Assembly: GCA_965215605.1 (NCBI GenBank)
Contig: OZ244070.1
Span: 3,168,001-3,232,000 of the forward strand
Length of the DNA: 64,000 nt
Direction of reading: 5' to 3'
DNA from: an uncultured Candidatus Binatia bacterium
Lineage (GTDB): Bacteria; Desulfobacterota; Binatia; UBA9968; JAJDTQ01
In this document: positions 62,533 to 64,000 of the stretch, piece after piece
Layout of the letters: the number at the start of each line of letters is the position of its first letter
Position numbering within the stretch: position 1 is the stretch's first letter
The notes under the pieces: generated by a model
Told to the model about the DNA's origin: nothing
The model's database searches: none
What the model saw: the letters and a program-made list of their open reading frames with translations, nothing else
Made by a program: the position numbers and the translations under genes

Positions 62533-64000
62533 ATGAACCACATCGCTCCCCTCCACGAGCCGGCGATCCGCCCGATCGCGCTCGACCGGCTGTCCGTCGC
62601 GCCGGAGAACGTGCGCAAGACGCCGCCCGCTACGGCCGCCGAGGCCGAGTTGAAGGCTTCCATCGCAGCCCATGGGCTGCTGGAGAACCTGATCGTCCGA
62701 AGCGAAGGCCCCGGCGGCGGCTATGCCGTGGTCGCGGGCGGCCGCCGCCTCGCGGCGCTCAAGAAGCTCGCCGCGGACGGCGTGCTCGATGCCGCCCATC
62801 CGGTGCCGTGCCTGGTCGTCGACGACAATGCCTCGTCCAGTGAACTGTCGCTCGCCGAGAACGTCATTCGCATCGCCATGCATCCCGCGGACCAGGTGAC
62901 CGCGTTCACGAAGCTCGCCGAATCCGGCGTCACGGTGGCGGCCATCGCCGCGCGGTTCGGCATCTCCGAGCCCTTGGTCGAACAGCGCCTGCGGCTCGGC
63001 AACGCGGCGCCCGAACTGGTCGACGCATACCGGGCCGACGAGATCGACCTGGAGACGCTCAAGGCCTTCGCGGTCACGACCGATCACGGCCGCCAGATGG
63101 CTGTCTGGGAGCAGTTGGCGAACCAGGGCTACCGTCCGACCTCCTGGGAGGTGAAACGCCTGCTGACCGAGGAGCGGACTCCGGCGAACTCCGCCATGGC
63201 CCGTTTCGTCGGCATCAACGCCTACGAGGCCGCGGGCGGACCGGTGTTGCGGGACCTCTTCGCCGACGAGGAAGAGAGCGGAATCTGGCTGGAGGACCCG
63301 GTGCTCCTGCAGAAACTCGCCATGGACAAGCTGGGCGAGGCCGTGAAGGACCTCCAGACCCGCTGGCGCTGGGCAACGGCCGTGCCGGAGGTCGACTGGA
63401 CCTCGATGGCGCGTTACGGGCGCATCCAACCGGAGCCCGCGGCGCCGACCGACGAGGAGACGGCCGAGCTCGATCGTCTGCGCACCCGCGAGGATGAGCT
63501 CTGCAATCTCGACGAAGACGAGTGGACCGAAACGCTCGGAGAGGAGGCCTGCGCCATCGAGACCCGGACAGGCGAGATCAGCGCGGCGATCGAGGCCCGC
63601 GAGACCTACCGGGCGGAGGACTACGCGGTCGCCGGAGCCATCGCCACCATCGCATGGAACGGCGAGCTTCAGGTCATCGGGGGCCTGGTCCGTCCCGAGG
63701 ACATGCCGAAGCCGGCCGATTCCGGCGCGGGCCCTGACGCTGACGCCGGTGATGGCGACAACGCCACTGGGTCCGTCCGGTTTCAGGGAACCGCAATCTC
63801 TGCGCCCATGGCCTCGCCTCCCGATCCGCAGGCCGAGGCGCGCAAGGAAGCCGGGGTCGGGATCGGCCTTGCCGACGATCTCCGCTCGATCCGCACGGCA
63901 CTGGTCAAGGCTCAACTCGGGAACGACTTCGCGGCCGCCTTCGACCTCATGCTGTTCCAGCTCGGCCGCGCCGTGTTCACCCGCGGCTACCGGGACCATG
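62533..64000 (+). CDS. Long ParB/RepB/Spo0J-family protein (partial, runs off window; absent from ORF track)
   Basis: Manual translation MNHIAPLHEPAIRPIALDRL...ENVRKT...LKASIAAHGLLENLIV...VAGGRRLAAL...SLAENVIR..MHPADQ; GGAGG RBS. Confidence 0.92.
   Translation, partial: MNHIAPLHEPAIRPIALDRLSVAPENVRKTPPATAAEAELKASIAAHGLLENLIVRSEGPGGGYAVVAGGRRLAALKKLAADGVLDAAHPVPCLVVDDNASSSELSLAENVIRIAMHPADQVTAFTKLAESGVTVAAIAARFGISEPLVEQRLRLGNAAPELVDAYRADEIDLETLKAFAVTTDHGRQMAVWEQLANQGYRPTSWEVKRLLTEERTPANSAMARFVGINAYEAAGGPVLRDLFADEEESGIWLEDPVLLQKLAMDKLGEAVKDLQTRWRWATAVPEVDWTSMARYGRIQPEPAAPTDEETAELDRLRTREDELCNLDEDEWTETLGEEACAIETRTGEISAAIEARETYRAEDYAVAGAIATIAWNGELQVIGGLVRPEDMPKPADSGAGPDADAGDGDNATGSVRFQGTAISAPMASPPDPQAEARKEAGVGIGLADDLRSIRTALVKAQLGNDFAAAFDLMLFQLGRAVFTRGYRDH

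Larger units (their letters stand above)
50403..64000. mobile_element. Integrative element/genomic island with tandem integrases, defence cargo and ICE/plasmid-type backbone; right end outside window
   Basis: AT-richer end region, two tyrosine integrases, IS3, R-M genes, lower-GC cargo, PAPS-reductase-like and ParB-like genes; interrupts the urease operon context. Confidence 0.85.

Noticed and set aside
62512-63999. 495-aa minus-strand ORF in the track
   Set aside because: Shadow of the plus-strand ParB-like gene starting at 62533, which the track missed because it has no stop in the window.

Overview
High-GC bacterial chromosome segment. The ftsEX-envC-ctpA-xseAB-tlyA-rpsU-cvpA-dnaG-rpoD-tRNA(CAU) order and the many LLM, CoA-transferase III and TPP enzymes suggest a deltaproteobacterial-type lineage such as Binatia; that taxonomy is inference. 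1-33.5 kb holds catabolic and housekeeping genes: a CoA-transferase III pair, TAXI-TRAP transporter, gamma-glutamylation cluster, metH, pepP, a phosphohexomutase, a UbiD enzyme resembling phthaloyl-CoA decarboxylase with a structured 5' leader, tandem MFS paralogues and a B12 radical SAM enzyme. 33.7-44.9 kb is core genes plus tRNA-Ile2. 46.4-50.2 kb is a urease operon (ureBCEFG) lacking ureA and ureD. Directly upstream of ureB, a palindromic CTAG-ended MITE-like repeat breaks off at about 50402 and an integrative element begins that runs off the window. It carries two tandem tyrosine integrases, a dead IS3, a PaeR7I/XhoI-like R-M pair, a pentapeptide-repeat K+-channel plus nucleotidyltransferase pair (Hailong-like anti-phage module), a decayed XamI-like endonuclease, and backbone genes (PAPS-reductase-like, ParB-like) preceded by repeated hairpin leaders. 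All family assignments come from motif reading and recall; no database search was run.
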